A DNA stretch of 64,000 nucleotides, from positions 32,001-96,000 of the forward strand of contig CAWJWJ010000001.1 in assembly GCA_963846575.1 (NCBI GenBank). The letters are read 5' to 3'. This stretch comes from an uncultured Nitrospiraceae bacterium. Lineage in GTDB: Bacteria > Nitrospirota > Nitrospiria > Nitrospirales > Nitrospiraceae. Under the pieces are notes generated by a model. The model made no database searches and was not told the DNA's origin. It saw only the letters and a list, made by a program, of their open reading frames with translations. Positions 39,413 through 48,859 of this stretch are shown here, piece by piece (position 1 is the first letter of the stretch; each line of letters starts with the position of its first letter). Both the position numbers and the translations under genes were made by a program.

Positions 39413-40990
39413 TCAGCGGCGAAGCGATGCTTTGAACCCCGGCACGATGGCTTCGAGGAACGCGTTTTTCACCAGGTTAAGGAGGATGTCCCACGTGCTG
39501 GCTCGCGGATCCTCCAAAGGGCCCTTCACCTCTGTTTCAGTGGCGACCTCCTCACGGGGCTCATTTTCAAACATGGTGACGAGGCCGTCTAAGAGGCCCT
39601 CATACACCTGCTTCAAAAAGCCCTGGTCTTCATCCTGCGCCGGATCATAGACGTCGACGTCTTTAAAAAACGGTTTCACGTAGCCGTCGACTTTGCCCCG
39701 CTGGACGGTCATTTCACTAAAAAAGGCGAACGTGCCGGCCTGAACGTCGGCCCCGGCATGCGCTCGCAGGATGTTATTCATCGCCTTCAACGGGGTTTTG
39801 ACTATTTTCACCTTGAGGTCGAAATCAGGCAGCGGTTTCTGCGGCCGGAACCGGGCGTTCGACATGAGCTTGCCATGGCCCATGAAACGCCCCGCAAGAT
39901 CCACCGTTCCCGTACCCCTATCGAACCGGTTCGAAAAGTCCTGAATGGTCATTTCCATCCGCGTGAGAAAGAGGCGGTACCCAGGATCTGTGTCTTTATT
40001 GACGAATCCGACTTCACTATTGGTGATGTTCCCGCGCCGGATCCTGATCGTCAGCTGAGGTTTCGGCTGGTCCGCTTCTAGTTTGGGGGCGACGGCATGT
40101 GTCGCCTGTTTGACTGTGGCGGCTGAACGGCCCGCGTGCACGTAATCTACACGCAATCCATCCACGTCGAGGTTCAGGAATTCCACGTCCTGAACGGTCG
40201 GCGAATATTCGACATGCCCCTTGGCAGAGAGAGTGCCCTCTCGAATCTGCAGGCTCATTCGCCCCGCCAGCGGCAACAAGTCTGTGAGCCCCACCTGTTG
40301 CAGGGTCACGTCCGCATCGATTCCGAGATGCGGCTCCCGCATGAAATCGGCCGTCCCATCCAGGTTCAGGTGGCCGGAATCGAACAGGCGAGCTTCGAGC
40401 CTGACCGTGGAGGGATACACCCTGTCTCCGGACTGAATGTTACGAATGTTTCCTGCATGGAAGTGAACGTCCCTCACGCGGAGCGGTTTGCTATTCTGGG
40501 AATCCACATAGGTGACGTCGCCGTCGATGATCTCCAGCTCGTTAACTTTCAATGGGTAAAGTTGCAACAGCGCCTGCTGCCAGCCTTTCTCCTTCAAGTG
40601 CCGCTCATCCCGAGCTTCGTCGGTCGCTTGTTTCCGCGTCAGGTGGAGGACCGGCCGTTCGATCCGATGGTCACTCACGACATGTCCGGTCAGTATTTCC
40701 CGCCAGTGAATACTTGCGCTCCACTGCCCGATCTTCACGAGAGGCTGGTCGGGACCTGTGTCCGTGGTCAGGGCGAGGTCCCGGAAATCAACGGAAAGTC
40801 CCAACGGATGGAAATCGAGCGCACCGATGGTGACATGGTATCCGTCCAAGGACTGGTTCGCCTGCCGCTCGGCATAGGCACGCAATGGCTCATCACTCAA
40901 CGAAACGGCGACGATGAGGCACAACGACAGGACAGCCAGGATGATGGCGGTGATCTTTAGCCGCGGGTGCGGCTGCCGAAGCCAGTTCAT
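39413..40990 (-). CDS. DUF748 domain (AsmA-related) protein
   Basis: N-terminal TM, two beta-rich repeats, GYVKP, NAF C-terminal motif. Confidence 0.75.
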   Translation of the reverse strand: MNWLRQPHPRLKITAIILAVLSLCLIVAVSLSDEPLRAYAERQANQSLDGYHVTIGALDFHPLGLSVDFRDLALTTDTGPDQPLVKIGQWSASIHWREILTGHVVSDHRIERPVLHLTRKQATDEARDERHLKEKGWQQALLQLYPLKVNELEIIDGDVTYVDSQNSKPLRVRDVHFHAGNIRNIQSGDRVYPSTVRLEARLFDSGHLNLDGTADFMREPHLGIDADVTLQQVGLTDLLPLAGRMSLQIREGTLSAKGHVEYSPTVQDVEFLNLDVDGLRVDYVHAGRSAATVKQATHAVAPKLEADQPKPQLTIRIRRGNITNSEVGFVNKDTDPGYRLFLTRMEMTIQDFSNRFDRGTGTVDLAGRFMGHGKLMSNARFRPQKPLPDFDLKVKIVKTPLKAMNNILRAHAGADVQAGTFAFFSEMTVQRGKVDGYVKPFFKDVDVYDPAQDEDQGFLKQVYEGLLDGLVTMFENEPREEVATETEVKGPLEDPRASTWDILLNLVKNAFLEAIVPGFKASLRR

Positions 40991-41134
40991 AGATACCCTT
41001 CGCGTGGGGTTGTACGGGAGCAGTGAGGAGACTGATGCACGGCGCCTTCCTGTCGAATGGATGGTACGGCATGCAGTCCGTCGCGGCTACTGGCAAAGCC
41101 CGAGAGGGCCGGGGCTTCAGAGGACATGCGTATG

Positions 41135-41551
41135 CTACCGACGCACGAGAACCGGCAGGAACCAGCGTGGTTTCATCCGACCAAAATCGCGGCGCACCCG
41201 ATGCTTCAAGGCTGGCTGGGAATCGAACACGCAGGGTCGCCCATGCGTCCGGAGAAAAACGACCCAATGCCAGCAGGGCCGTCCCTCCTCCACATGCCAC
41301 TTAATGGCAAGCAACGCGCAGTCCGGCAGATCCGGCCAGGCACGGAAGCGCTTCGTTGTCCGTGCAACCCTCACATCGAATTGCGCGCACAGTCGCCGCA
41401 CCTGCCCGGTCCCGGACCATAAGTTTCGATCGCTCGCCGAAATGCCCATGGACGCACCCACCGCCTTCGCGCGAGCATAAGACACTCCGGCGATCGTTGC
41501 CACGGAGGCGATTCCGCAGCCCGTCCGTTCTTCTTGCACAACGGGCTTCAT
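41135..41551 (-). CDS. Stand-alone peptidase C39-like protein
   Basis: QEERTGCGIAS, HWVV, FDS; ATG overlaps the GNAT stop. Confidence 0.7.
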   Translation of the reverse strand: MKPVVQEERTGCGIASVATIAGVSYARAKAVGASMGISASDRNLWSGTGQVRRLCAQFDVRVARTTKRFRAWPDLPDCALLAIKWHVEEGRPCWHWVVFLRTHGRPCVFDSQPALKHRVRRDFGRMKPRWFLPVLVRR

Positions 41552-42021
41552 GCCAGATCGAGGCTCATTTTTCGCCCACCGGAGAGATGGAATCCCTGCT
41601 GCTCGTAAAACGCGAACGTCCGGTCGAACTGCGGCAGCGGCGGCGTGGTGACTTCCAATCTCGTCCAACCCCTCGCCCGGGCCAGCGCTGTGACCTCCGT
41701 GAGCAGCGTCGCGCCGACCTTGCGGGAGCGACAAGCAGGCCGCACGTAAAATTCGGGGATGGTCCCGAAGGCTCCTTCAGCATAGAGCGCACGGCTTTCG
41801 GATAACGCAAGAAAACCGATTACCGTTCCGCCCTCGGAGGCCAGCAGGATCGTATAACTTCCGTCCGCCAGCCAGCTTCGCGCCCGTGCTGCGGTTGCGA
41901 GGGGAGAAAACCCGAAGGCCCTGGTGCCAGTGGATGCCATGACTTCATGCAACAGCTCACCGACCAGTTCGGCGATGGCCGGTGCATCGGAAGGCCCGGC
42001 CTGGGTAATGTGACACGACAT
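41548..42021 (-). CDS. GNAT acetyltransferase
   Basis: FYVRPACRSRKVG motif A; FYEQQGF. Confidence 0.9.
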   Translation of the reverse strand: MSCHITQAGPSDAPAIAELVGELLHEVMASTGTRAFGFSPLATAARARSWLADGSYTILLASEGGTVIGFLALSESRALYAEGAFGTIPEFYVRPACRSRKVGATLLTEVTALARARGWTRLEVTTPPLPQFDRTFAFYEQQGFHLSGGRKMSLDLA

Positions 42022-42123
42022 GGCGCGACCCTACCGGGAGCAGGCGTTGGCGTCAAGCTGACCGGCCGCGCAGGCGCCGGGCGCTCGGTCTCCCTGCACG
42101 TGGCCCCATCCGATCAGGCAAAA

Positions 42124-42152
42124 TTGACAGCCTCCAGCCCCTCTTCTATAGT
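42124..42152 (+). promoter_or_regulatory. sigma70 promoter, probably giving a leaderless transcript
   Basis: TTGACA-N17-TATAGT; ATG at 42160. Confidence 0.75.
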
Positions 42153-42159
42153 TGAAGCA

Positions 42160-42522
42160 ATGCTGCGCATGAGAACAATCGTCCGTCACAGGGGTATGGT
42201 GTGGTTGGCGCTCGTGATGTCGCTCATGACTGCCGGCGACCTGGTCATGGATCTGGCCTTCGAGGAGGCGGAGCCGGTGACTTCCGCCGAAGCCTCATCA
42301 ATACCGGAAGCACCCGAAAATGCGGCCGAACACGTCCTGATGCCCTCCCAGAAGGCGGATCATTCCACGGCGACCACGTGGCTCATTCTGCCGCCGTCAG
42401 TGGTTCATTCTGCGCTTGTGACAGCTTGTCTCCCGCCCCCTGTCATTGCGCGAGCGGACTTTGCTCGCGAACGGCCTCCGCGCCGTAGCCCCGTCCCCCT
42501 CTTGCTCCCGCTTCGGATCTAG
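42160..42522 (+). CDS. Small exported/membrane protein with Pro-rich C-terminus (possible regulatory uORF)
   Basis: Basic plus hydrophobic N-terminus, acidic linker, LPPS/LPPP/RPP. Confidence 0.65.
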   Translation: MLRMRTIVRHRGMVWLALVMSLMTAGDLVMDLAFEEAEPVTSAEASSIPEAPENAAEHVLMPSQKADHSTATTWLILPPSVVHSALVTACLPPPVIARADFARERPPRRSPVPLLLPLRI

Positions 42523-42596
42523 AGCCCATCCGGCCTCTCCAGTCACAGCTCCGTGCGCCTTGGCGGCGGAGCCGGTCCTTATCTTGGAGGCTTGTG

Positions 42597-43901
42597 ATGG
42601 ACTCTCAATGTTGCATCCGGTGCGTAGGCTCCTGCTCTCGTCGATTCATTCTGCTTTTGGTCCTGGTGATCGGCAGTCTTCATGCCATGATGGCACCTCC
42701 CGCCGCGTCAACTGACGACAGCCGGGAAAACGACCCACAGTCCATCCTGGAGCTGGTCGTCAACGGCCTCCAGACCACCAGGCCGGAGACCATCCAGCGG
42801 TTACTCCCCCGCCCGGTGCCCAATACCTATAGCCGTTCGGAGCTCCACGAGTTCGAGCGGCGCATTAGAAACCTCAGCCTCTTCGACTACGTCACCGTGA
42901 CTGTCCTTCATCAGACGGTGACGGTCGAGGTCCGCGAAAAACACACGCTGGTCCCGATTCTCAGCTTTACGAGCGGCAGTAGTCTGGGGGACGTCAGCGC
43001 GACCGGCGGGCTTGCGGAGTACAACCTCGGCGGCACGGGAACACAACTCGGCGGTCAATTCAATTACAGTCAGCGCGGCCCCAACGTCGATCTCTGGATC
43101 TCCCAACATTCCTACCAACCGGACCGGTGGGCGAAGGAGGTGAAGGGCTCCTACAACGTCAACGGCATCCGTTTCGCCGATTCAACGACGGCCTGGACGC
43201 GGAACCGCATCGGAGGCGAATTCGAATTGAAGGGTCCCTTCGCCTATGGATCGGCCCTGCGTTATGAAATCGTAGCCAAGTTCTACCGTGAGGTGGCGCA
43301 GGATCAGACCGGCGTTCGGCCGCCGGACGGCTATTATGTGGGACTCATTCCCGAGGTGACCTGGGACAAATACCATTGGCACGACCTCGTGCCCTGGGGA
43401 TACCGTATCGCACTCGAGCTCCGTCCGGGATATTTCCTCGGTGCGAACCAGGAGCGTCATGAAGTGCGGCTGCGCTACTTGCAAGGGATTCCGCTGGCCC
43501 CCAACACGGTCTTCATGATCAATGCCGTCGCCGAAGCGGTGAACCAGAGCCGCAACCCCAATCACAGCCTGCTGATCGGCAGCATCGCCGGAGTCAGAGG
43601 ATTAACGGACAATCTGTACAGGAATCGCGCCCAAACCTACACGAACCTGGAACTTCGCCATGCGATCAAACTCGCGCCGCGCTGGGCACTCCAGGGGGTG
43701 CTGTTTTCGGACGTGGGCGGTTTTCAATCCTTTGCTGCAGACGGGGCGTTGCGCGATTGGCAGGTCGCCGTCAACGTAGGGGCGGGAGTGCGAGTCGTGC
43801 CCACGTTTCTCGCCAATACCTTGCTGCGGGTGGATGTGGCCCATCTAATCGAGCCGCGGTCCGACATCCTGTTCCAATTCGGCATCACCCAGTATTTTTA
43901 A
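42597..43901 (+). CDS. Omp85/TamA-like outer-membrane protein with a single POTRA-like domain
   Basis: VVNGLQTTRPETI...LSLFDYV...VEVRE, EYNLGG, GVRG loop motif, terminal GITQYF. Confidence 0.75.
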   Translation: MDSQCCIRCVGSCSRRFILLLVLVIGSLHAMMAPPAASTDDSRENDPQSILELVVNGLQTTRPETIQRLLPRPVPNTYSRSELHEFERRIRNLSLFDYVTVTVLHQTVTVEVREKHTLVPILSFTSGSSLGDVSATGGLAEYNLGGTGTQLGGQFNYSQRGPNVDLWISQHSYQPDRWAKEVKGSYNVNGIRFADSTTAWTRNRIGGEFELKGPFAYGSALRYEIVAKFYREVAQDQTGVRPPDGYYVGLIPEVTWDKYHWHDLVPWGYRIALELRPGYFLGANQERHEVRLRYLQGIPLAPNTVFMINAVAEAVNQSRNPNHSLLIGSIAGVRGLTDNLYRNRAQTYTNLELRHAIKLAPRWALQGVLFSDVGGFQSFAADGALRDWQVAVNVGAGVRVVPTFLANTLLRVDVAHLIEPRSDILFQFGITQYF

Positions 43902-44575
43902 CCGGGAGGGATCCGGTCTCCGGTCGCGCTGTCCCGGCAGGGGTTGTCCGCCGGATCCCGCAGATCGTAGTCCACGACGGCGCGGCGGCCATCGAGTTCA
44001 ATGAGGCAGCAGTCATTCAGCATCTGCTTGAGTTGCCGGCGGCCCCGCTGCACGCGCGACTTCATGCCGGACAGGGACAGGCCGAGACGTTGCGCGGCGA
44101 CCTGGTGCGTGAGGCCCTCCAGGTCGACCAGCATGATCGCGTCGCGAGACTCTTTGGACAATCGATTCAGCATGGGACTGAGACAACCGGCCAACTCCCC
44201 GCGGAGGCGCCCGGAATCCGCCTGGCCGTCAACGATCAGGGCGGCGGCCGTCCGGACGGTCATCTCCATGTCGGCAGCCAGGCCAGCCGGCAGCTCCCGT
44301 CGACCGGCTGACGCCCGGTAGTGATCGATGATCACACGGCGCGTGATCTGGTAGACCCATGACAGCAGACGGTGCGGGTCCTTCAGGCCCTCGATCCGCC
44401 GATGGATTCGCAGAAACACTTCCTGCGTAATATCCTCGACCTCAGCCTGGTTCGAGACGCGCCGCGCGATAAAGGCCCGCAGCCTGTCGTACATCTCCTG
44501 CCGGACTTCCGTTCCCGTCCCTGGCATGACCGTCATCTCGCCGTGGGTTTCCATGCTGCCCTGCCGCATCATCAT
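43898..44575 (-). CDS. sigZ: ECF sigma factor, SigZ type
   Basis: EDITQEVF, WVYQI, IIDHYR, KSRVQRGR, DCC motif. Confidence 0.88.
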   Translation of the reverse strand: MMMRQGSMETHGEMTVMPGTGTEVRQEMYDRLRAFIARRVSNQAEVEDITQEVFLRIHRRIEGLKDPHRLLSWVYQITRRVIIDHYRASAGRRELPAGLAADMEMTVRTAAALIVDGQADSGRLRGELAGCLSPMLNRLSKESRDAIMLVDLEGLTHQVAAQRLGLSLSGMKSRVQRGRRQLKQMLNDCCLIELDGRRAVVDYDLRDPADNPCRDSATGDRIPPG

Positions 44576-45015
44576 ACCCCGCAGGTGACCGGCTCGCCGC
44601 TACCCTGTCCTTTCGGCACACAACACCCGCTGTTCCCGAGCGGCCCGGTCACTGCCAATTGCTCAAGGACGGTAAAAATCTCCCAGGCGTTGCCGTCCGG
44701 ATCGGCGAACCACAGCTTGTCCTGCCGCGCATAACAACAGACGCTCTGCTCCTCGACCTTCTGCAAAATTCCCAAGTCCTGAAGTCGTTGCTTCCACAGG
44801 GCGATCTCGTCGGTTGATTCGACCTCGATTCCGAGATGGTTCACGCTGCTGATCGTCCCGGTCGAGGACACCAACGACAGGTTCAGCGCCGGATCGGCCA
44901 CATCGAATTTGGCATAATCCGCCGTCTGCTTCTGAGGCCGTACAGCGAACACCCGTTCATAGAACGAGACTGACTCAGACACAGATCGCACATCAAGGGA
45001 AAGATGGGGTCTCAT
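44572..45015 (-). CDS. arsI: ArsI/CadI-family VOC metalloenzyme
   Basis: HLSL, NHLGIE, CCYARQDKLW, DPDGNAWE, C-terminal CC. Confidence 0.88.
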   Translation of the reverse strand: MRPHLSLDVRSVSESVSFYERVFAVRPQKQTADYAKFDVADPALNLSLVSSTGTISSVNHLGIEVESTDEIALWKQRLQDLGILQKVEEQSVCCYARQDKLWFADPDGNAWEIFTVLEQLAVTGPLGNSGCCVPKGQGSGEPVTCGV

Positions 45016-45066
45016 GGGGAATCTCCTTTCTAAAGGAGAGCCGGAACATTCCGCCTCTCACTTCTA

Positions 45067-45094
45067 TAGACGGAGCTCGTCCCAAAAGGACGCA
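45067..45094 (-). promoter_or_regulatory. Putative ECF (SigZ) promoter
   Basis: TGCGTC-N16-CGTCTA about 50 nt upstream of arsI. Confidence 0.6.
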
Positions 45095-45157
45095 GAAGGG
45101 CTGACCGGCATGTTTCTTCGGAGCCTCTGCCCTGACAGATTCGACGCGGAACACCGG

Positions 45158-45997
45158 CTACATGCCGATGACTTCAAGCCGCTTCAGATCCTCAGGAGCA
45201 ATCGTGAACCGGTCGGACTGCAGATCTTCCTGCATGTGCTGCCGGTTGGTCGTGCCGGTCAGCGGCAGCATGCCGATCTGCATCGCGAACCGGAAGACCA
45301 GTTGCGCCAAGCCCATGCCATACTTGGCGGCCATGGCCCGGACCTCCGAATCGACCAAGAGTTCCCGATTGGCGGTCAGGAGCGAAAAGCCCTGGTAGAT
45401 GATCCGATGCGCACGGCAAATGTCCCGGACCTCCCGATCCCAGCCGAGGGCGGCATAACAACGATTCTGAACGACCATGGGCTTGTGGGTGGCGCGCTCA
45501 CAGAGCAGCGTGAGCTGCTCGGCGGTGACGTTACTGATGCCGATAATTTTTGTTTTCCCCGATTCATAGAGACGTTCGATTGCAGCCCAGACTTCCCAAT
45601 CCTCGGCACCCAGGCCGCGGCGGTAATAGGGGCCGTGCAAGACGTAGGAGTCGACATAATCGGTGTGCAGATGAGCCAGGGAACTGTCGAAGGACTGTTG
45701 CACCTGGGTGGTGAGATCGGCCCCTGCGTCATACGGCGTGCGGTGATCCTGGCCGTTGGCCGACGTATATTTCGTTTGTAGAAACAGCTGATCGCGTGGC
45801 GTGCCCTGCTTTGCCAGTTCGAGCAGCGCCTCTCCCACCAGCGCCTCCTGATAGTGAATCAACTGATTCGCCGTGTCGATGGCTCGAAATCCTACGGCCA
45901 CGGCTTGTTGTACCAGGGGCGCCGTCGCCTCCTTTTTCCAGGCTGTCCCATACATGAACGACGGGACCGACACATTGTTGTACGCGGTCAAGGTCAT
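45158..45997 (-). CDS. Aldo/keto reductase
   Basis: YGTAWK, GFRAIDTA, LQTK, GISN. Confidence 0.9.
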   Translation of the reverse strand: MTLTAYNNVSVPSFMYGTAWKKEATAPLVQQAVAVGFRAIDTANQLIHYQEALVGEALLELAKQGTPRDQLFLQTKYTSANGQDHRTPYDAGADLTTQVQQSFDSSLAHLHTDYVDSYVLHGPYYRRGLGAEDWEVWAAIERLYESGKTKIIGISNVTAEQLTLLCERATHKPMVVQNRCYAALGWDREVRDICRAHRIIYQGFSLLTANRELLVDSEVRAMAAKYGMGLAQLVFRFAMQIGMLPLTGTTNRQHMQEDLQSDRFTIAPEDLKRLEVIGM

Positions 45998-46447
45998 GAT
46001 CGTCCCTCCATGGGCCATGCTTACCTGTTTTGAGCAGTCCTGTCCAGAGTACCGAGACGGCCCTGAGAGCCTGACTCCCCCCGCGCGTCCTCCTGCGGGC
46101 AGGCTCCATGAGTTCGACTGCGGGGGTTACTCCTAGTAGGCTTCCCACCGGATTGGCCTTACGGTGCTGTCTGTAGGTGATTGCCGCGAAGGACGAGCCG
46201 CGCATCCCTCTCCCTCACCAACCTCCCGGGAACAGCCGGTCGCGAACGGCGGACCAGCGAATTGCATATTCATCACCCGCGCTGCCCGCTGAGAGGGCCA
46301 TGGCTTTCGCGGTCCCGCGTCACGAGAGTTCTGGGCGGCCCACGGGGCGCCGGTCCTTGCCTGATACGCCGGCATATCTCCGCATGGTATGGTGACTGAG
46401 AACAGAAGTGCACGCCGGACCAGCGGTTTCATCGAAGGAGCCTCCCA

Positions 46448-47509
46448 ATGAACCCTCTCGGTCGTCTCGCACTCGGCATGACTGAACGGGGACTGGTCTC
46501 CGATCCGTTACTTCGGCTCGCCATTCGCTACCTGGTTAAAGTTCGCCTCCAAGAGCTGCCCCAGCACAACCTCCGTGCGGCAGCCGAACATGAGACACGA
46601 TTTATCGAGCAGCTGCGCGATGCTCCCGTCGCACTCGTCCCCCAGAAAGCAAACGCACAACATTACGAGGTGCCGGCCGAGTTTTTTACGCAGGTGCTCG
46701 GTCCCCGCCTGAAATACAGCAGCGCCTATTGGCCCGACGGAATCACGACCCTGGCTGAGGCAGAACGGGCGGCCCTGGAAGAGACCTGCCTCCATGCCGG
46801 GCTCACCAACGGGCAGAATATTCTCGAACTCGGCTGTGGTTGGGGATCTCTCACCCTCTGGATGGCGCTGCACTATCCGAATAGCCGGATTACTGCCGTG
46901 TCCAACTCCCATTCGCAACGGCGGTACATCGAGGCCACGGCCTATCGGCAGGGATTGCAGAACCTGCGCGTCATAACCTGCGACATGAACACGTTCGACA
47001 CCGAACCGGAGCAGTACGATCGAATCGTCTCAGTAGAGATGTTCGAACACATGCGCAACTGGCCGATCCTGTTCGAGCGGGTGCACCGCTGGCTGCGGCC
47101 CGGGGGATGGTTCTTTTTGCATATCTTCGTGCATCGGGCGCTGTCCTATCTATTCGAGGACCGGGGAGCGAGCGATTGGATGAGCCGGCACTTCTTTTCC
47201 GGCGGCATGATGCCCGCTGATGCCCTGCCGCTCGCCTTTCAGGGGCAGCTCACATGCGTCGATCGTTGGCATTGGGATGGGACCCACTACGAAAAAACAG
47301 CGAACGCCTGGCTCGCTCACATGGATAACGCGCGTGCGAGCATCTGGCCCCTCTTCGAACAAATCTATGCTCCGGATGAAGCGCGGATCTGGTGGGTACG
47401 CTGGCGACTGTTCTTCATGGCCTGCGCCGAACTGTTCGGATTCGAAGAGGGGCGGCAATGGGGCGTCAGCCACTACCGCTTCGTCAAACCCGGCGCGAGG
47501 GCGTCATGA
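46448..47509 (+). CDS. Cyclopropane-fatty-acyl-phospholipid synthase-like SAM methyltransferase
   Basis: QHYEVP, KYSS, LELGCGWGS, SVEMFEH, FFSGG. Confidence 0.88.
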   Translation: MNPLGRLALGMTERGLVSDPLLRLAIRYLVKVRLQELPQHNLRAAAEHETRFIEQLRDAPVALVPQKANAQHYEVPAEFFTQVLGPRLKYSSAYWPDGITTLAEAERAALEETCLHAGLTNGQNILELGCGWGSLTLWMALHYPNSRITAVSNSHSQRRYIEATAYRQGLQNLRVITCDMNTFDTEPEQYDRIVSVEMFEHMRNWPILFERVHRWLRPGGWFFLHIFVHRALSYLFEDRGASDWMSRHFFSGGMMPADALPLAFQGQLTCVDRWHWDGTHYEKTANAWLAHMDNARASIWPLFEQIYAPDEARIWWVRWRLFFMACAELFGFEEGRQWGVSHYRFVKPGARAS

Positions 47510-48054
47510 GCGAGCGGACCAAACTGGTGCTCAGCAATTTTGTGATCTATCAGATCGCCTGGTTCGCCGGGGTGTGGACTGCCGCGACGGGGCGGCCCTG
47601 GATCGGCGCCGTCGCAATGGGGCTGGCCATCGTCATTCATCTGTTTCGCGCTCCCAGGCGGGAACCGGAACTGGTTCTCGTGAGCATGGCCCTCGGCATC
47701 GGACTCCTGTTCGACAGTCTGCTCGTCTGGCGAGGCTGGGTCCACTATCCTTCCGGGATCCTGATTTCCGACCTCGCGCCCTACTGGATGGTACTCATGT
47801 GGGGTCTCTTCGCCACCCTGCTGAATGTGACGCTGCGCTGGATGCACGGACGTTTTGCGATTGCGGCGCTCCTTGGCGCCATCGGAGGCCCTGCCGCCTA
47901 TTACGGGGGCATGCGGATGGGGGCGCTGCATTTCGGCAATGAAGCCGCCGCGCTGATCGCCCTCGTCATCGGATGGGCCATCATCACTCCGCTCCTCATG
48001 GCCCTGGCCGGCCGGTTCAACGGTTATGCCTACGCCCCGGAGACGACATCATGA
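47506..48054 (+). CDS. DUF2878 membrane protein
   Basis: NFVIYQIAW, PYWMVLMW, GGPAAYYGG. Confidence 0.82.
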   Translation: MSERTKLVLSNFVIYQIAWFAGVWTAATGRPWIGAVAMGLAIVIHLFRAPRREPELVLVSMALGIGLLFDSLLVWRGWVHYPSGILISDLAPYWMVLMWGLFATLLNVTLRWMHGRFAIAALLGAIGGPAAYYGGMRMGALHFGNEAAALIALVIGWAIITPLLMALAGRFNGYAYAPETTS

Positions 48055-48842
48055 ACGTATGGCTGTATGCCATGGGACTGGTCGCTACACTGAGCGTGGC
48101 CACGCTCACGTGGGCCGTGAGTTTGGCCAAGCGCGACGTGAGCATCGTGGACGCGGCCTGGTCCCTGCTCTTCCTGAGCGCCGCGCTGGTTTACTCGGGG
48201 GGGACCGAGCCCTATTCGCTCCGCTCGGCGCTGGTGCTCACGCTGGTGTTGCTCTGGGCGTTGCGCCTGTCGGGCTATATCCTCGCGCGCAACTGGGGCG
48301 AGCCGGAAGACCGGCGTTATCAAGACATCCGCAAGAAATACGAGCCGAATTTCGGTCTCAAGAGCCTGGCCATCATTTTCTGGTTTCAGGCCTTCCTCGC
48401 CTGGATCATTTCCCTGCCTCTTTGGGCGGCCCTGACCCTGCCGGCGGACAGCAGTTTGTTCGATGCCGCAGCGGTCCTGCTCTGGGCGGCCGGCATGACG
48501 TTCGAAGTCGTCGGCGACTGGCAACTCTCCCGCTTCAAGGCGGATCCGGCGAACAAGGGCAAGGCCCTGGACCGCGGCTTGTGGCGATACACGCGCCATC
48601 CTAACTATTTCGGCGAATCTCTCGTCTGGTGGGGCTTCTATCTGTTTGCCCTGCCGAGCGGAGCCTGGTGGACGATCGCAGGACCGTTGCTGTTGACCTA
48701 CATGTTGCTGAGGTTTTCCGGCGTGGCGCTCATGGAGGAGACGATCGTCGAGCGGCGTCCCGAATATCGGGACTACATCGCACGGACCAATGCCTTCTTT
48801 CCCGGTCCTCCGAAACCATTGTCTGCCCATGGTCCGGAATAA
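48051..48842 (+). CDS. DUF1295 (steroid 5-alpha-reductase-like) membrane protein
   Basis: VDAAW, EDRRY, GLWRYTRHPNYFGE. Confidence 0.9.
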   Translation: MNVWLYAMGLVATLSVATLTWAVSLAKRDVSIVDAAWSLLFLSAALVYSGGTEPYSLRSALVLTLVLLWALRLSGYILARNWGEPEDRRYQDIRKKYEPNFGLKSLAIIFWFQAFLAWIISLPLWAALTLPADSSLFDAAAVLLWAAGMTFEVVGDWQLSRFKADPANKGKALDRGLWRYTRHPNYFGESLVWWGFYLFALPSGAWWTIAGPLLLTYMLLRFSGVALMEETIVERRPEYRDYIARTNAFFPGPPKPLSAHGPE

Positions 48843-48859
48843 AGAATAGAGAGGGTACG

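Noticed and set aside
46020..46447. Long intergenic region examined for a riboswitch or small gene
   Set aside because: No recognisable aptamer or convincing ORF; likely just divergent promoters.
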